In this document: positions 40,377-53,290 of the stretch, piece after piece
Position numbering within the stretch: position 1 is the first letter of the stretch
Layout of the letters: each line of letters starts with the position of its first letter
Assembly (NCBI RefSeq): GCF_001194135.2
Contig: NC_068983.1
Coordinates: 131,991,254 to 132,051,911, forward strand
From: Octopus bimaculoides
Taxonomy: Eukaryota
Reading direction: 5' to 3'
Length of the DNA stretch: 60,658 bases
Program-made: the position numbers and the translations under genes
Notes under the pieces: model-generated
Databases searched by the model: none
Seen by the model: the letters and a program-made list of their open reading frames with translations, nothing else
What the model was told of the DNA's origin: nothing

Positions 40377-40584
40377 TTCAGTAGTTTTATTTTTATAACG
40401 TGCTTTCATTTCACTACCGAGCGCAGCTCTGTGCGCCTTGGGTATGTGCTGTGGTTTGCTGTGGTGCTCTTATGTTTACTGTATTGAAAGTGTTTTGTGT
40501 AGAATGTGTGCAGTACCCAGTAGTGCAATTTTCTGTATGTTATATATATTTGTAAGTCCTGGTGTTTTTGTTATGTATTTGTCT
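40377..40584 (-). mobile_element. R4/Dong-clade LINE 3' end with (AAT)n tail
   Basis: About 97% identical by eye (about 6 differences in 206 bp) to 6661-6866; tail 40320-40376; runs into gap. Confidence 0.92.
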
Positions 40585-41699
40585 NNNNNNNNNNNNNNNN
40601 NNNNNNNNNNNNNNNNNNNNNNNNNNNNNNNNNNNNNNNNNNNNNNNNNNNNNNNNNNNNNNNNNNNNNNNNNNNNNNNNNNNNNNNNNNNNNNNNNNNN
40701 NNNNNNNNNNNNNNNNNNNNNNNNNNNNNNNNNNNNNNNNNNNNNNNNNNNNNNNNNNNNNNNNNNNNNNNNNNNNNNNNNNNNNNNNNNNNNNNNNNNN
40801 NNNNNNNNNNNNNNNNNNNNNNNNNNNNNNNNNNNNNNNNNNNNNNNNNNNNNNNNNNNNNNNNNNNNNNNNNNNNNNNNNNNNNNNNNNNNNNNNNNNN
40901 NNNNNNNNNNNNNNNNNNNNNNNNNNNNNNNNNNNNNNNNNNNNNNNNNNNNNNNNNNNNNNNNNNNNNNNNNNNNNNNNNNNNNNNNNNNNNNNNNNNN
41001 NNNNNNNNNNNNNNNNNNNNNNNNNNNNNNNNNNNNNNNNNNNNNNNNNNNNNNNNNNNNNNNNNNNNNNNNNNNNNNNNNNNNNNNNNNNNNNNNNNNN
41101 NNNNNNNNNNNNNNNNNNNNNNNNNNNNNNNNNNNNNNNNNNNNNNNNNNNNNNNNNNNNNNNNNNNNNNNNNNNNNNNNNNNNNNNNNNNNNNNNNNNN
41201 NNNNNNNNNNNNNNNNNNNNNNNNNNNNNNNNNNNNNNNNNNNNNNNNNNNNNNNNNNNNNNNNNNNNNNGGTTCGTTTATTTCTGTTGTCAGATTGTTT
41301 TGCACGTTCAGATCTTCGTACTTTTTTCGTAACAAGCTTACAGTACGCACTTCTCGGTTGTTATTCTTGGGTGGAATAATACCGGTGTTATTTAATCTGT
41401 TTGTAATGTTTTTGTACATGGTGTTTTGGGGTTCGAAGATGGTTTGGTTTTGATGTAACACGTGTGTTTACGATCGCTGTGCGGGTAGTGGAGGTATCAA
41501 GTTAAAATACATCATTATATTTGGAAAAATAGAAATACATTTCAATGAGTATTACTTGCTCAGATATAGTCCAACCCTTTGTCAGCTATTTTTTGGCTCA
41601 ATGCGATGTCTTTATTTCCGATGTTTTTGGATAAGTTTCGGAGCGTTGATTTATCGTTCTCACATGTTAAACTTCCCCGGTGTCTTATTATTATTATTA

Positions 41700-42520
41700 T
41701 TCAGTAGACTTACTTTTATCACGTGCTTTCACTCAACTACCGAGCGCAGTTCTGTGTGCCTTGGTTATATGCTGTGGTTTATTGGGATTCTCTTATTTTT
41801 ACTGCATTGAAAGGGTTTACGTAGGATGTGTGTGGTACCTAGTGGAGCTATTTTATATATGTTATGCATACTTGTTAGTCCTGGTGTTTTTTTATGTATT
41901 TGTTTGAATGTTTTGTGTGTCTTTTATTATAATACGTAATGCGCCTATAAAAGGAAATGTTTCTGTTTTTAGGCTCCACATTCCAATTACCTCTATTTGC
42001 AGAACTTTGTATTTTGAAAGTTTCTTCGTTTCTTTTAGAAAAACATTGTCATCTATTGGTATGGGTACATAAATTAGAAAGCATTTTTTCTTGGTGATTT
42101 ATAACTATATCCAGCCTTAATTTCTCTATCCCATAGTATGGTTTCTTCATTTTCTCTTTCATTCTCTGGCGTGTGACTATACCACCTTTTGTGTTGTTAT
42201 TCCATAGTGTTGATATAGATTCCAATGTATATGAGTCCCAAATCTGCGTGTCTGTGAATATATTCCTTCTTAGCCATGATGGGCAGCTAGAGACAATATC
42301 ATTTCTTGTTTCCTCTCCATCTCCACATATTCTGCAGTTGCTTGTATTCCTTTTCATTACATGTTTTTGGTGATTTCTGGTGGGAAGGCTAGGATCTTGT
42401 GATGCAATTAAATATCCCTCAGTCTTTGCTTTGAGTCCTGGCTTTCTCAGTCTTTGTTGGGATGTTGCTGTCGCTATTTCATGTTTGTTTAGTTTAACCG
42501 AATATTTGTCATGATGGGCA
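41700..42520 (-). mobile_element. R4/Dong-clade LINE 3' ~800 bp (CCHC plus REL endonuclease)
   Basis: HDKY..GLKAKTEGYLIASQDPSLPTRN..CRICGDGEETRNDIVSSCP..KLSKYKVLQIEV..IAPLGTTHILRKP; short (AAT)n tail at ~41685-41700. Confidence 0.9.
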
Positions 42521-42529
42521 AGTACTTAT

Positions 42530-43110
42530 AAATGAACTTCACGTAAACATTCCATTCCTCGACATTTTCATTAAGAAATCCAACAACAAAAGATAAACTG
42601 ATATATATACAATAATCCGAAAGACTCCAAGTAATATCTACCGTTCAACTTATGCCTCCCTAAACACACCAGAATGAATATCCCCTTCAACCTAGTTAAA
42701 ACGATTTTAATATAATGTCTAATACAGATACCAGGGACACGCGACTACATGCATTAAAGGATACACTCATTACCAAGAACTACCCATCACCCTAATTGAT
42801 ATAGGCTTTCAACTTCCCCTACAACTCAACATCTACAAACTCAGATATCATAAATTAAAGAAGGATTTATAACCAAAAGCCCTACCATACATCTCAACAC
42901 ACAACCCCCTTAACAACGAAGCCTTCAAAACCATCCTCCAGAACATTTCCCCTACTAAAAAGGGACTATAAAATACTAACGAACAACCCATCTTCAGAAT
43001 TTTTCCCTTCAGTAAATTCAGGGACGATGCAACCTATAATTAACGCATGAGCAAAGAGTCATATTTTATCGTAAAATATAAACCCCTTTTGAATGCGTCC
43101 ATTACGAATG
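42530..43110 (+). mobile_element. Penelope-like element fragment (RT thumb joined to the end of GIY-YIG)
   Basis: IPFLDIFIKK..TDIY..YLPFN..PKHTRMNIPFNL..LPYISTHNP, then FRIFPF..KESYFIVKYKPLLN. Confidence 0.8.
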
Positions 43111-45113
43111 ACACTACTAGAATGACCTTAGAATAATACTCACGCAAAAATTAAAACGATATATTCAGAGCAGTCACTACCCATGAATTTATTCAGAACA
43201 ATCCCAACCGCTATTACAAGCACAACAGGTCACTTTTAAGTCACTTGACCATTGAAGGGGATTCCACCCACATCTTATTACTGTTATACCACACACTTAT
43301 TTTCCTTATTCTTTCTCTTTTTTTTCGACTCCTACTACTTAATACCAAGCCTTCAGACGAGTAAAAGAAAGAGAGACACACACACACAGATAATAGAAAA
43401 TGTCTCTTGTATTTGAGAACTATGGAAATATTTTAAAAAGCATTTCATTTAATTTTTCCACAATTTAATTGTTTATCATGCTTTACTCTAAGTTGAAAAT
43501 GTCGCAACAACTGAAGCTGGTACTAAAATGTTCTTCGTGATAGAATAATTTTAGCGTTTTCTACCTTGTCTTATTTTCCTTATGCATAACAACTCGTGTG
43601 TTCCTTTACAACCTTTTAAACACACACACTCACACACGCATACACACACACGCAAATACATATGCGTACCTATTTACCTATTTACCGGCATGATGCAGAT
43701 TAGAGCATTTCACATATACTTGAAAAAATTACTCCAAGCTTTGAGATGTATCTATCTTCACTCCATTTCCATTATATTTGCACAAGCAGAAAAACTAAGC
43801 ATTTGAAAAACAAATAGAAGTCCACTCATGACAACAAAAGACACTCAGTCCTGAAGCATTCTTTGACATTTCAAAAGTGATTTTTGTCAATAAGATTATA
43901 GTTTTCTACACTATGAGTTATGTTATCCAATGAGACTTGCGTATTTTAAAAGTATTTGTGTATAATTTGTGAAAACTTCAGTTATTGCTTGCTGATATTC
44001 CCCGACTACTTAATCATAATCGTCTTCATATTTTTCCCTATCTGCAGTTAACTGAATCCAAACTTCCTTCATATAACAATCTAATCCGTGATAAATGTGT
44101 TCAAAGCTATTGGAACTGATGTACTGAGTTTGACAGGCACCAATTCAATGAGAGTAGTAATAAATTAGAATTTACACGAGGCCTAATTAAAAAGAATAGC
44201 AACGACATCATTGTAAAATTATCTCAGGGAGAACAAATTTACAACTATAAATTCTGGTTTGTCTTGGAACATAATTTTGATATGCAGCCACTGAACTCTG
44301 GCAATGTAATTTCGTAACCACTTCAGTTACTATGACATTGTAAGCTTTATGACTAAAATTGATTGCCTCAATTTCAATGACAAAGTTTTTCTAACAGAAA
44401 ATGAAGGATCTTAGAACTCCGATGAAGTATGCCTTGAAGTTTTATCTTCATACGTAGTATTTCAGCTATAAATAGCCTATGTTAAAGCAGGAACGTTGTT
44501 CAGTGAATGTATATTTGTAGTATTTCTATAATTTATATATCATTATAAGAAAAGATATTCTTTCTGCTATATAGTTATTGTATCATGATAAACCTCTTTA
44601 TTGCGTATCCTCTGAATGCTATTGACAATATTCTTTCTTAACATTCATATTATTATTAAAATTCATATTACTTTCGTTAAAATAGCAAATGCGTGTGCTA
44701 AGATTTGAAGTAAAGATATTCCCATCCCAATTATGGACGAAGAAAAAACTTTCCAATATCTAACATATCTAATGGGGTGTTTTGGGCCAAAAGATAAGCA
44801 CAGGTGTGGAATTAGTAATTCAAAGAAAAAATATGAAATATTGAAAAAAGTTGAGTTTCAGATACTCGAGAACATATAAACAAATTTCAAGCCATTGTTC
44901 CAAATGATACCAGAGTGAATATCCCAAGGATTTGTTTAAGACACATGATGTGTATTAGTTATATACATACATACATGCATACAAACTTATATATATATAT
45001 ATATATATTTCGTACGTGTATTTCGTGTGCAAGATTCTTGATGCGGATACGTGTGTTGAAAAAAATACAATTAAACCTTGGGAGACGCATTATGCCGGTA
45101 ATAAACACACGCA

Positions 45114-45323
45114 CTGGTTCAGTCCTTTATTAATTTATATAGTTTTTTGTTAAATTATTTCATTGCACTCTTGCAATCTCTTCAGTAACTTGTCTCTCCA
45201 CTTCCATTTATTTTGAATATTCAAAATAAATGGAAGTGGAGGGACAAGTTACTGAAGAGATTGCAAGAGCGCAATGAATTAATTTAACAAAAAACTATAT
45301 AAATTAATAAAGGACTGAACCAG
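45114..45323. repeat. 210 bp near-perfect palindrome without spacer
   Basis: Two 105 bp arms centred on GAAT|ATTC (45218/45219), three mismatches; right arm ends at an N-gap. Confidence 0.95.
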
Positions 45324-46589
45324 NNNNNNNNNNNNNNNNNNNNNNNNNNNNNNNNNNNNNNNNNNNNNNNNNNNNNNNNNNNNNNNNNNNNNNNNNNNNN
45401 NNNNNNNNNNNNNNNNNNNNNNNNNNNNNNNNNNNNNNNNNNNNNNNNNNNNNNNNNNNNNNNNNNNNNNNNNNNNNNNNNNNNNNNNNNNNNNNNNNNN
45501 NNNNNNNNNNNNNNNNNNNNNNNNNNNNTATATGTATGTATGCATGTATGTATATATTTTTAAACCGTACCTACACCAGTGCGCAAACGAGTAAATTGAA
45601 TTGGATATGGGGACAAGTAAACAAAAGTTTTAATTCTGTCGATTAAAAACTACCGCAATTGATTTCTTTTCCGGAATTAAATATCATTTATAAAAAGCAA
45701 CATTGATTTTAATATATGTGTTCATTACGATACGCAGAAATGCAATGTTTACATGTAGTTTATGTGAAAATGATTGATATTTCAATCTTTTCTATGATAT
45801 GAAAACAGTAGAAATATGAGAAGGATTTAATGTATAGAATATCAGTTGAAGAAATGTTGAACTGTGCCTTCCGAAAAATTTCAGTATATTTGTATAAATA
45901 TTTATAATCTACCAATAATCTAAGAAAATATATTTTTACTGTAGTTTATATATCCAGCATATACTATAATGAAAAATATTCTAATATCAATGTTTAGTCT
46001 CGCAAAGACACCTAAACCTTGTAATTCAACGATTAAATACCGATAAAAATAATATCATATCATATTCATTTTCATAAACGCAGAAATACGAAACTATAAT
46101 TTAAGTCTGTGTGTTCATTCTAATGTTGATCAAATCCTCTCTTAGAACATACACGCCATAATTTAGCAACTCCCGCGACTATATTTATCATTTATATTGA
46201 AGTGTGAAGTTATATTGAAGTTAGAGTATAAATCATCGGCACTATCATATACCGTATGCACAAATGTTTTATTAATTTAATGCGAATAGCTCCACATTTT
46301 CTCCTGTCTAAGTGAAATGCCTGTATTATCTGCTGCCACCAAGTTGTCTTTGAAACCGATATATCGATGTAATATTTCTTGGCAGACAACAGTTCCTAGA
46401 ATAATTGTCAAGAGCTTACTGAACGTTTTTATAAGAATTCTCACAAGAATTGTTCAGTAACTCAAAATGACACCTTATTTTCATTCACCTTACGTATCTA
46501 CAGTTTAGTTGGTTGTGATGTTAAATCAACCATGTTAATTATAAACTGATCGACTGATTAGAGTTTATGTTGATCACGTCAACGTAATA

Positions 46590-47777
46590 TCGTTCTACAT
46601 TTATTAAGAGATTGTCGCAAACAATTCATTTCAAATTCAAGCAACAAACTACATGGTTTCCTCTTCAAAGTAATCCTCCCAGAGTCTAATGCATTCTTCC
46701 ATCCTTCTCTGCCATGCCTCTATGCACCTTTGAAAGGATTTCTCTGGAATGATACTCATCTCCGTAATTACGACCCTCTTGATGGTCGTCACGCCTTCAA
46801 AATGGGTCTCCTTGATGATCTCCTTGAACTTGCGGAAAAGAAAATCTTTACACGGAGCAAGATCAGAAGTACAGGGAGGTTGTTTCAGTACGGTGATGTT
46901 CTTCTCGGCCAGGAACTGTCGGATGTCCAGGGCGTCGTTAGGAGGTGGAGCGTCGTAGTGAAGCAGCCACGATTTCTCTTGCTCCAACTCTTAACTCTTC
47001 CCGCGCGCTGAGCGTAGTAAACACTGCAGGATCTCTTTGTAGATTTTCTAATTGATTGTCTGAAGCAAAAACATACAGTAGACGATGCGTCTCACATCGA
47101 AGAAAGTGATCAACATAAACTCTAACTTTTGATTTTAACCTTCTTGCTTCCTTCGGCTTCGGTGACGTCGGAGATTTCCACTAACAGCTCATGCACTTTG
47201 TTTCCGGGTACTACAAAAATCTCCCTCATCACCAGTGATGACCCTACGAAGCAAAACTGGCTCGGTTTAAGACACTCGCTGATGTCCTGACACAGCTCTG
47301 AGCACCGTTCAGCAGCAGCTGTGGCCCCATTGTCACTCAGACTTCCCGCAAGCCCAAATCTTCGGTGATAATCTTCCAACCGACGTTCGCCACGCACTGC
47401 ATGCCATCCGTGCTTCAGTCTTGCTTTTTGAATGCTTCTAGCTACTGGAATCATCTTTTATCTCCTCGTGCCTCCCTTTGTACCCCTTATGCCACTTAAA
47501 GAACCAATTCAAGTTCTTGCGACGGACCAAAATTTTCAGGTTTCTTCGTTGCTCGGTGTCCATAGTTGGTTTCTCCTTTCTCGTAACTGAATATCCTGAA
47601 AGAGAGGAGATGTAAACAACAGCATGTGAAAAATTATGCAATAGTTGAAGAAAGCTAAGATTACAGCTATGTACCCCCAAGATATTATGTTAGAAGATAA
47701 CGTAATCCGATTATCGCTCGTTTGCATATAGCTCACACAGAACATCCAATCTCTTTACATTTCAGACAGACCCTATA
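46590..47777 (-). mobile_element. mariner element, near full length but decayed and internally deleted
   Basis: MDTEQRRNLK..WHKGYKGRHEEIKDD..RRVITGDE..MLITFFDVR..KSWLLHYDAPP..PPCTSDLAPCKDFLFRKFK..WQRRMEECIRLWEDYFE; right terminus ..TCAGACAGACCCTATA. Confidence 0.9.
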
Positions 47778-47924
47778 TATTTTATTGCAGATGCGCTCCC
47801 TCGATATTTTATGGAAGCATCTAACTTCTAGCTAGCTATGTATTAGATTTCCATTTTCGAAACCAATGAAGGCAAGCGAATATCTTGAAAATATTGCAAT
47901 AGTCATTATAAGTAATGCATCATC

Positions 47925-48035
47925 TATTACCCGTTCTATCAGCTTCTTGCCGAACCACTAAGTTCCGGGGATATACGCACACAAACACCGGTTGTCAAAC
48001 GGTTCTGAGGAAGAAACAAATACACAAAAGAGAGG
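47925..48035 (-). mobile_element. SINE family B 3' half
   Basis: GCCGAACCACTAAGTTCCGGGGATATACGCACACAAACACCGGTTGTCAAAC matches 58250-58300. Confidence 0.75.
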
Positions 48036-49677
48036 AAATCAGATAAAAGGAATATTGGTATTGTAACTATCATATCACAAACATGACTGTACAGAAAATG
48101 AATTTAAAATATCAAGTGTCTGTCACGTCTTAGATNNNNNNNNNNNNNNNNNNNNNNNNNNNNNNNNNNNNNNNNNNNNNNNNNNNNNNNNNNNNNNNNN
48201 NNNNNNNNNNNNNNNNNNNNNNNNNNNNNNNNNNNNNNNNNNNNNNNNNNNNNNNNNNNNNNNNNNNNNNNNNNNNNNNNNNNNNNNNNNNNNNNNNNNN
48301 NNNNNNNNNNNNNNNNNNNNNNNNNNNNNNNNNNNNNNNNNNNNNNNNNNNNNNNNNNNNNNNNNNNNNNNNNNNNNNNNNNNNNNNNNNNNNNNNNNNN
48401 NNNNNNNNNNNNNNNNNNNNNNNNNNNNNNNNNNNNNNNNNNNNNNNNNNNNNNNNNNNNNNNNNNNNNNNNNNNNNNNNNNNNNNNNNNNNNNNNNNNN
48501 NNNNNNNNNNNNNNNNNNNNNNNNNNNNNNNNNNNNNNNNNNNNNNNNNNNNNNNNNNNNNNNNNNNNNNNNNNNNNNNNNNNNNNNNNNNNNNNNNNNN
48601 NNNNNNNNNNNNNNNNNNNNNNNNNNNNNNNNNNNNNNNNNNNNNNNNNNNNNNNNNNNNNNNNNNNNNNNNNNNNNNNNNNNNNNNNNNNNNNNNNNNN
48701 NNNNNNNNNNNNNNNNNNNNNNNNNNNNNNNNNNNNNNNNNNNNNNNNNNNNNNNNNNNNNNNNNNNNNNNNNNNNNNNNNNNNNNNNNNNNNNNNNNNN
48801 NNNNNNNNNNNNNNNNNNNNNNNNNNNNNNNNNNNNNNNNNNNNNNNNNNNNNNNNNNNNNNNNNNNNNNNNNNNNNNNNNNNNNNNNNNNNNNNNNNNN
48901 NNNNNNNNNNNNNNNNNNNNNNNNNNNNNNNNNNNNNNNNNNNNNNNNNNNNNNNNNNNNNNNNNNNNNNNNNNNNNNNNNNNNNNNNNNNNNNNNNNNN
49001 NNNNNNNNNNNNNNNNNNNNNNNNNNNNNNNNNNNNNNNNNNNNNNNNNNNNNNNNNNNNNNNNNNNNNNNNNNNNNNNNNNNNNNNNNNNNNNNNNNNN
49101 NNATTTAATTTACATGTATTTTGAAAAATTATATGACATCGATACATTCTTGTTCAAAACTTTGCAATAGAGATAAGACGATCGATATTCATAACATAGA
49201 AAATATATATCGCCTTGTAATAAAATAACTAAAATATTATTTGTCTAAATTGTAAATGTAATTCATATGTATGACAGGATACTTTGAGAACCATGTTGAC
49301 GTATTTGTTTACATATATTTAGTGGTTCATAAAGTATTAAATGCGCGTTGATATTAATGATATTAATGCATTCTCTTTTGTATACTCTTCTTTGTAATTT
49401 GTAACAGAAATATCAATATTGACCAGTTTTATTTGTAAGGTTAGAAGAACGTTTCGTAGCTACGTACTTACAGGATAAATGCCACTGCTCAGTAGCCCTT
49501 TCTATCATAGCAACGTGTTGACCTAAGTATCGTCATAAAAAGTAAATTGATGAAAGTTGCGAGGTTGTATTATAGCTGTTCACAGATGACACCATTCACA
49601 GGTGACATGCTTTAAATCAAGCCAATAGATCATTATTCTGCAATTCCATAACCCTTTCCCTTCCAGTTAGGCAATAG

Positions 49678-49822
49678 ACGATATTGTTCGTTGATGATGC
49701 TTCTCTAAAGATATTTCTGTATCCCTTTGTATCTATTACATTATTGGACAGAATCCACAGTTTTCACAAGATATATTTCCATGATTCTGGCAAAAAATTC
49801 CATTATTTTAGCGCATGCGAAG
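49678..49822 (+). other. Candidate internal exon
   Basis: Pyrimidine tract CCCTTTCCCTTCC upstream, AG at 49676-77, open frame TILFVDDASLKIFLYPFVSITLLDRIHSFHKIYFHDSGKKFHYFSACE, donor AAG|GTGAGT. Confidence 0.3.
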
Positions 49823-50083
49823 GTGAGTTTTTCACTTCAATAGCTTTTTCCAAAACCAATTGAGTCAACATCAACCGCAATTGATACAAAATCCTAGTTT
49901 TCTTTCAAATAATGTCTTTGTAAATTGTTATCGGCTTCCATGTGACGTAGCTTCCTCGAAAAACAGATATAATTTATTTCCCAAGTGCACAAATGTGCCA
50001 GATACCACACATTATCATAGAAAATATTCTCTTTTATATTGAAATTTAAGTCTTTAGGTAAGCTCGGGTTCTTAGTGTGGTTT

Positions 50084-50142
50084 CAGTTTCACTAAAACAG
50101 TTTCACTAATACAGTTTCAATAATACAGTTTCAATAATACAG
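50084..50142. repeat. 14 bp minisatellite, 4 units
   Basis: CAGTTTCACTAAAA, CAGTTTCACTAATA, CAGTTTCAATAATA x2. Confidence 0.9.
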
Positions 50143-50279
50143 AACTGTACATTATCTGATATAATCACATTACCTAAAAAACATTCTTCACGTTTCTATG
50201 TACAACAATAGTTTCTTATTTGAGTACAAGCCCAATGACTTAGATTTGTAAATGATTAATATTTCATTTTGTATATGGC

Positions 50280-50484
50280 GGTTCCAAATTTTGGCACAAA
50301 ACCAGAAACTTTGGGGCCAGGTTTACGTCTTTACATCAACGTCAGTGATCATCTAATAATTATTTTATCGACAGCGAAAGGATGAAAGCAAAAGTGGACC
50401 CTGACGTAATTTGAACTCAGAATGTAAAAACGGACGAATTACCACTAAGGATTTCGCCCGCGGTGCTAAAGATTCTGCCAGCTC
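50280..50484 (-). mobile_element. SINE family A
   Basis: TTTTATCGAC..GGATGAAAGCAAAAGTGGAC..ATTTGAACTCAGAATG..GATTCTGCCAGCTC. Confidence 0.82.
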
Positions 50485-50527
50485 ATTGTGTTAAAGATAT
50501 GATACCCATTGTGTTAAAGATATCATA

Positions 50528-50715
50528 TGCTAGCACGCCGGGCAAAATACTCAACAATATTTCGTCCGTCTTTACGTTCTGAGTTGAAATGCCGAGATCC
50601 ACTTTGCCTTTCAGGGTTGATGAATTAAGTATTAGTTACGTACTAGGACTGATCTAATCGGCTGTCCACCCTCCCCAAAAATTTCGAGCCTTGTGCTTAG
50701 AGTAGAAAAGTTTAT
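50528..50715 (+). mobile_element. SINE family A
   Basis: TAGCACGCCGGGCAAAATAC..TTTCGTCCGTCTTTACGTTCTGAGTT..CCCCAAAAATTTCGAGCCTTGTGC. Confidence 0.82.
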
Positions 50716-52996
50716 TATAAAGACACTGATAGGATAAAAAGTGAGGTTGAATGCAAATACTTTGGAATACTATAATCAACATTGTCGTGCTACTGGACTG
50801 GGGCAAACAGGGAATGTTGGATGAAAAGCATTGAAGCATTTACTTATTGTTAATTTAAGAGTGACTTGTAACAATCTAATGGGTTATATTTTTCTTAGGG
50901 AGAAAGACCCTTTCATAACTTTAAATTGCTAAACAACTATTGAAAACCGTTCACCTCGTCACTTTTAAGTTGTAATTAAAACTCATTTGATGTATGACAA
51001 ATTAATGGAAGTTACGTAGCCACACTCCTTTTACCTATATCTCCGTCTTCTATAAGCAATAATGCGTGAGATTTAATCTCCACTGCGAACAATTGTAGTC
51101 CCCAAGGAAGCTATAATGTGTGATTACATAACTTCTTTTTATTCATTAATTGATATCGAACTGTGCACTGACTTGATGGCTTACTATGAAGTGCAAGTAT
51201 AACCGTATACTATCGATGTCACTACTGCAAGCGGAACTATATACTACCAAAACAGTTTAATAATTCTTTTGCTGTTCAATCTGTTTTTCTACCGTTCAAG
51301 TATACAAGTTACATGAATGATGAGTAGATATTGATTTAAGAATAAAAAATATGCACATGGAAATAATAACTGCTAACACATCACTCTTTGTCAGCAACAT
51401 CATCTCCCTCCTCCTCCTCCTCCTCCTCATCATCATCATCATCGTCATCATCATGGGGTATTTGGATATTTGGAATATTTTTACCCAAAACATTTGTGCC
51501 GTCTCTCTTGAGCATTTCTTTTCATGTGCTTCCGTGCCATCCGTGTTATCTTTAAGATATTTTTACTCCATTGTGACATGATAATCCCTAAGTGCTCTAC
51601 CGTCCATTTCTTTTCTGGAATCCTGACCAAGTTATGACTTGCGAACATAACACAGAATAGTACCTACACATCTTCACTACTTTTCGCTATAAATTAGCTG
51701 ATGGTATCTTGCTAGGCATTGACACAGTGACATTTTTTTCTAGATATTCAGTATACATAATTTTCTCAGAATACATTTTCATGCAACTTTAGAGCTTTCC
51801 GATGATAATTGCATACATTCGCAATGGCAGAATACATTATAGTACAGATTTGATGCTGATATTTTATATTCCTATATTAATATTTCTGAAGAGAGATTTG
51901 CTTTCCAGTTACGTTTCATACTTTTGAAAGGCGTGACTAACTTTTCCATGTCCCTTTTTGATTTTCATCCCTGTATCTCTAGTTTCGACCTTCATGGGTA
52001 TGGAGATATGAAATGTTAAAATTTATTCAAGAAATAAATAGGAATGAAAAAGTGATTAATAATTGAATGATAATGATATTCTATTGAACACAATTAATAT
52101 CGAGAATATTAACTCACTGCAGCAATAATTACTAGATAATAAGAGTCATATGGAGTCACAAATTTATTTAAATTGTTATTCTCTCCTAATTTGATAATAT
52201 TAAGTGGACACAATTGAAAACTCCATTCACTCATCATTTATTTGGGGGACGTGTGTGGGATGGGTGGGCTAAAGTCAGTATTATTATACTCTTGCACAAA
52301 AGTGTGCGCAAACAAGGAGATAAATGTTAATCAGTATGTATTCTGGAGATTCATCCTATTCCTTGTAAACTGCGCACGTAACAACGTATTACATGAAGTT
52401 ACACGTTTCTGTTCTAAGAGAGTTATAAGCATTGCAGAACTAAAGCACTATACGTACAGCATCCTCCCTTACAATGACAAAGCATATAACTGAATATAAT
52501 GCTGGGTTCTGATTAGACACCGCGGTAACATTCATATTTTTGTATATTGTATGTAAGTATTTTCATTTGTTAAAACCTATAAGAACATACTATTTAAATA
52601 TAAATACATAGCACACATTCAATATATATGAATTTATTAAAAGTTGTTTCAAAATTCAAATTTATAAATCTATCCTTTAAAATATAAAGATATAAATACA
52701 TAAGATGAAAAAAAATCTTTCTTGTAGTTGAAGAACCCGCTTCTATTATAAAAGCACACACACGTAAATGCACGGAAACACATACTAAGGAAGGCGAGCT
52801 CCCTAAGTATCTAGCATAGCCAGATCACAAGTGATGTCACCTTTACTCTAATGCTTGTCCGTGGCTCTCAACGGCGCCTTGGGTTAAACTCAACAACCTT
52901 TGTCAGTTTGTAATATCACTGCAGAAATCATTCGCTGATTTCATATAGTTTTGCCTTTCGTTAGAAAACTTGCTAACAAGCCACCATTATTATTTA

Positions 52997-53062
52997 TGTG
53001 TGTGTGTGTGAGTGCGTGTGCGTGTGTGTATGTGTGCGTGTATGTGTGTGTGTGTGCGTGTG

Positions 53063-53135
<73 letters not shown>
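52997..53135. repeat. (TG)n microsatellite
   Basis: Direct reading. Confidence 0.97.
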
Positions 53136-53290
53136 AAGTTGTATGAAGTTATTAATCTTCGAAGAATACGTAGATTGTATAAAGCAACTTTCCGGCTGTA
53201 AATTGTTCCCATATCAAAGTTCGATTAGCTGAAAAAAGTTATTTTATAGTTCACGATTAGTAAGCTGCGTTGTTATGTATGCAAATAAAA

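Noticed and set aside
41271-41461. Sequence right of the gap as the 5' part of the adjacent Dong element or a Penelope piece
   Set aside because: No diagnostic motif in any frame I read; left unassigned.
43351-43370. CAGACGAG..GAAA downstream of the Penelope fragment as a hammerhead
   Set aside because: The core is mutated (CAGA, not CTGA) and no stems form.
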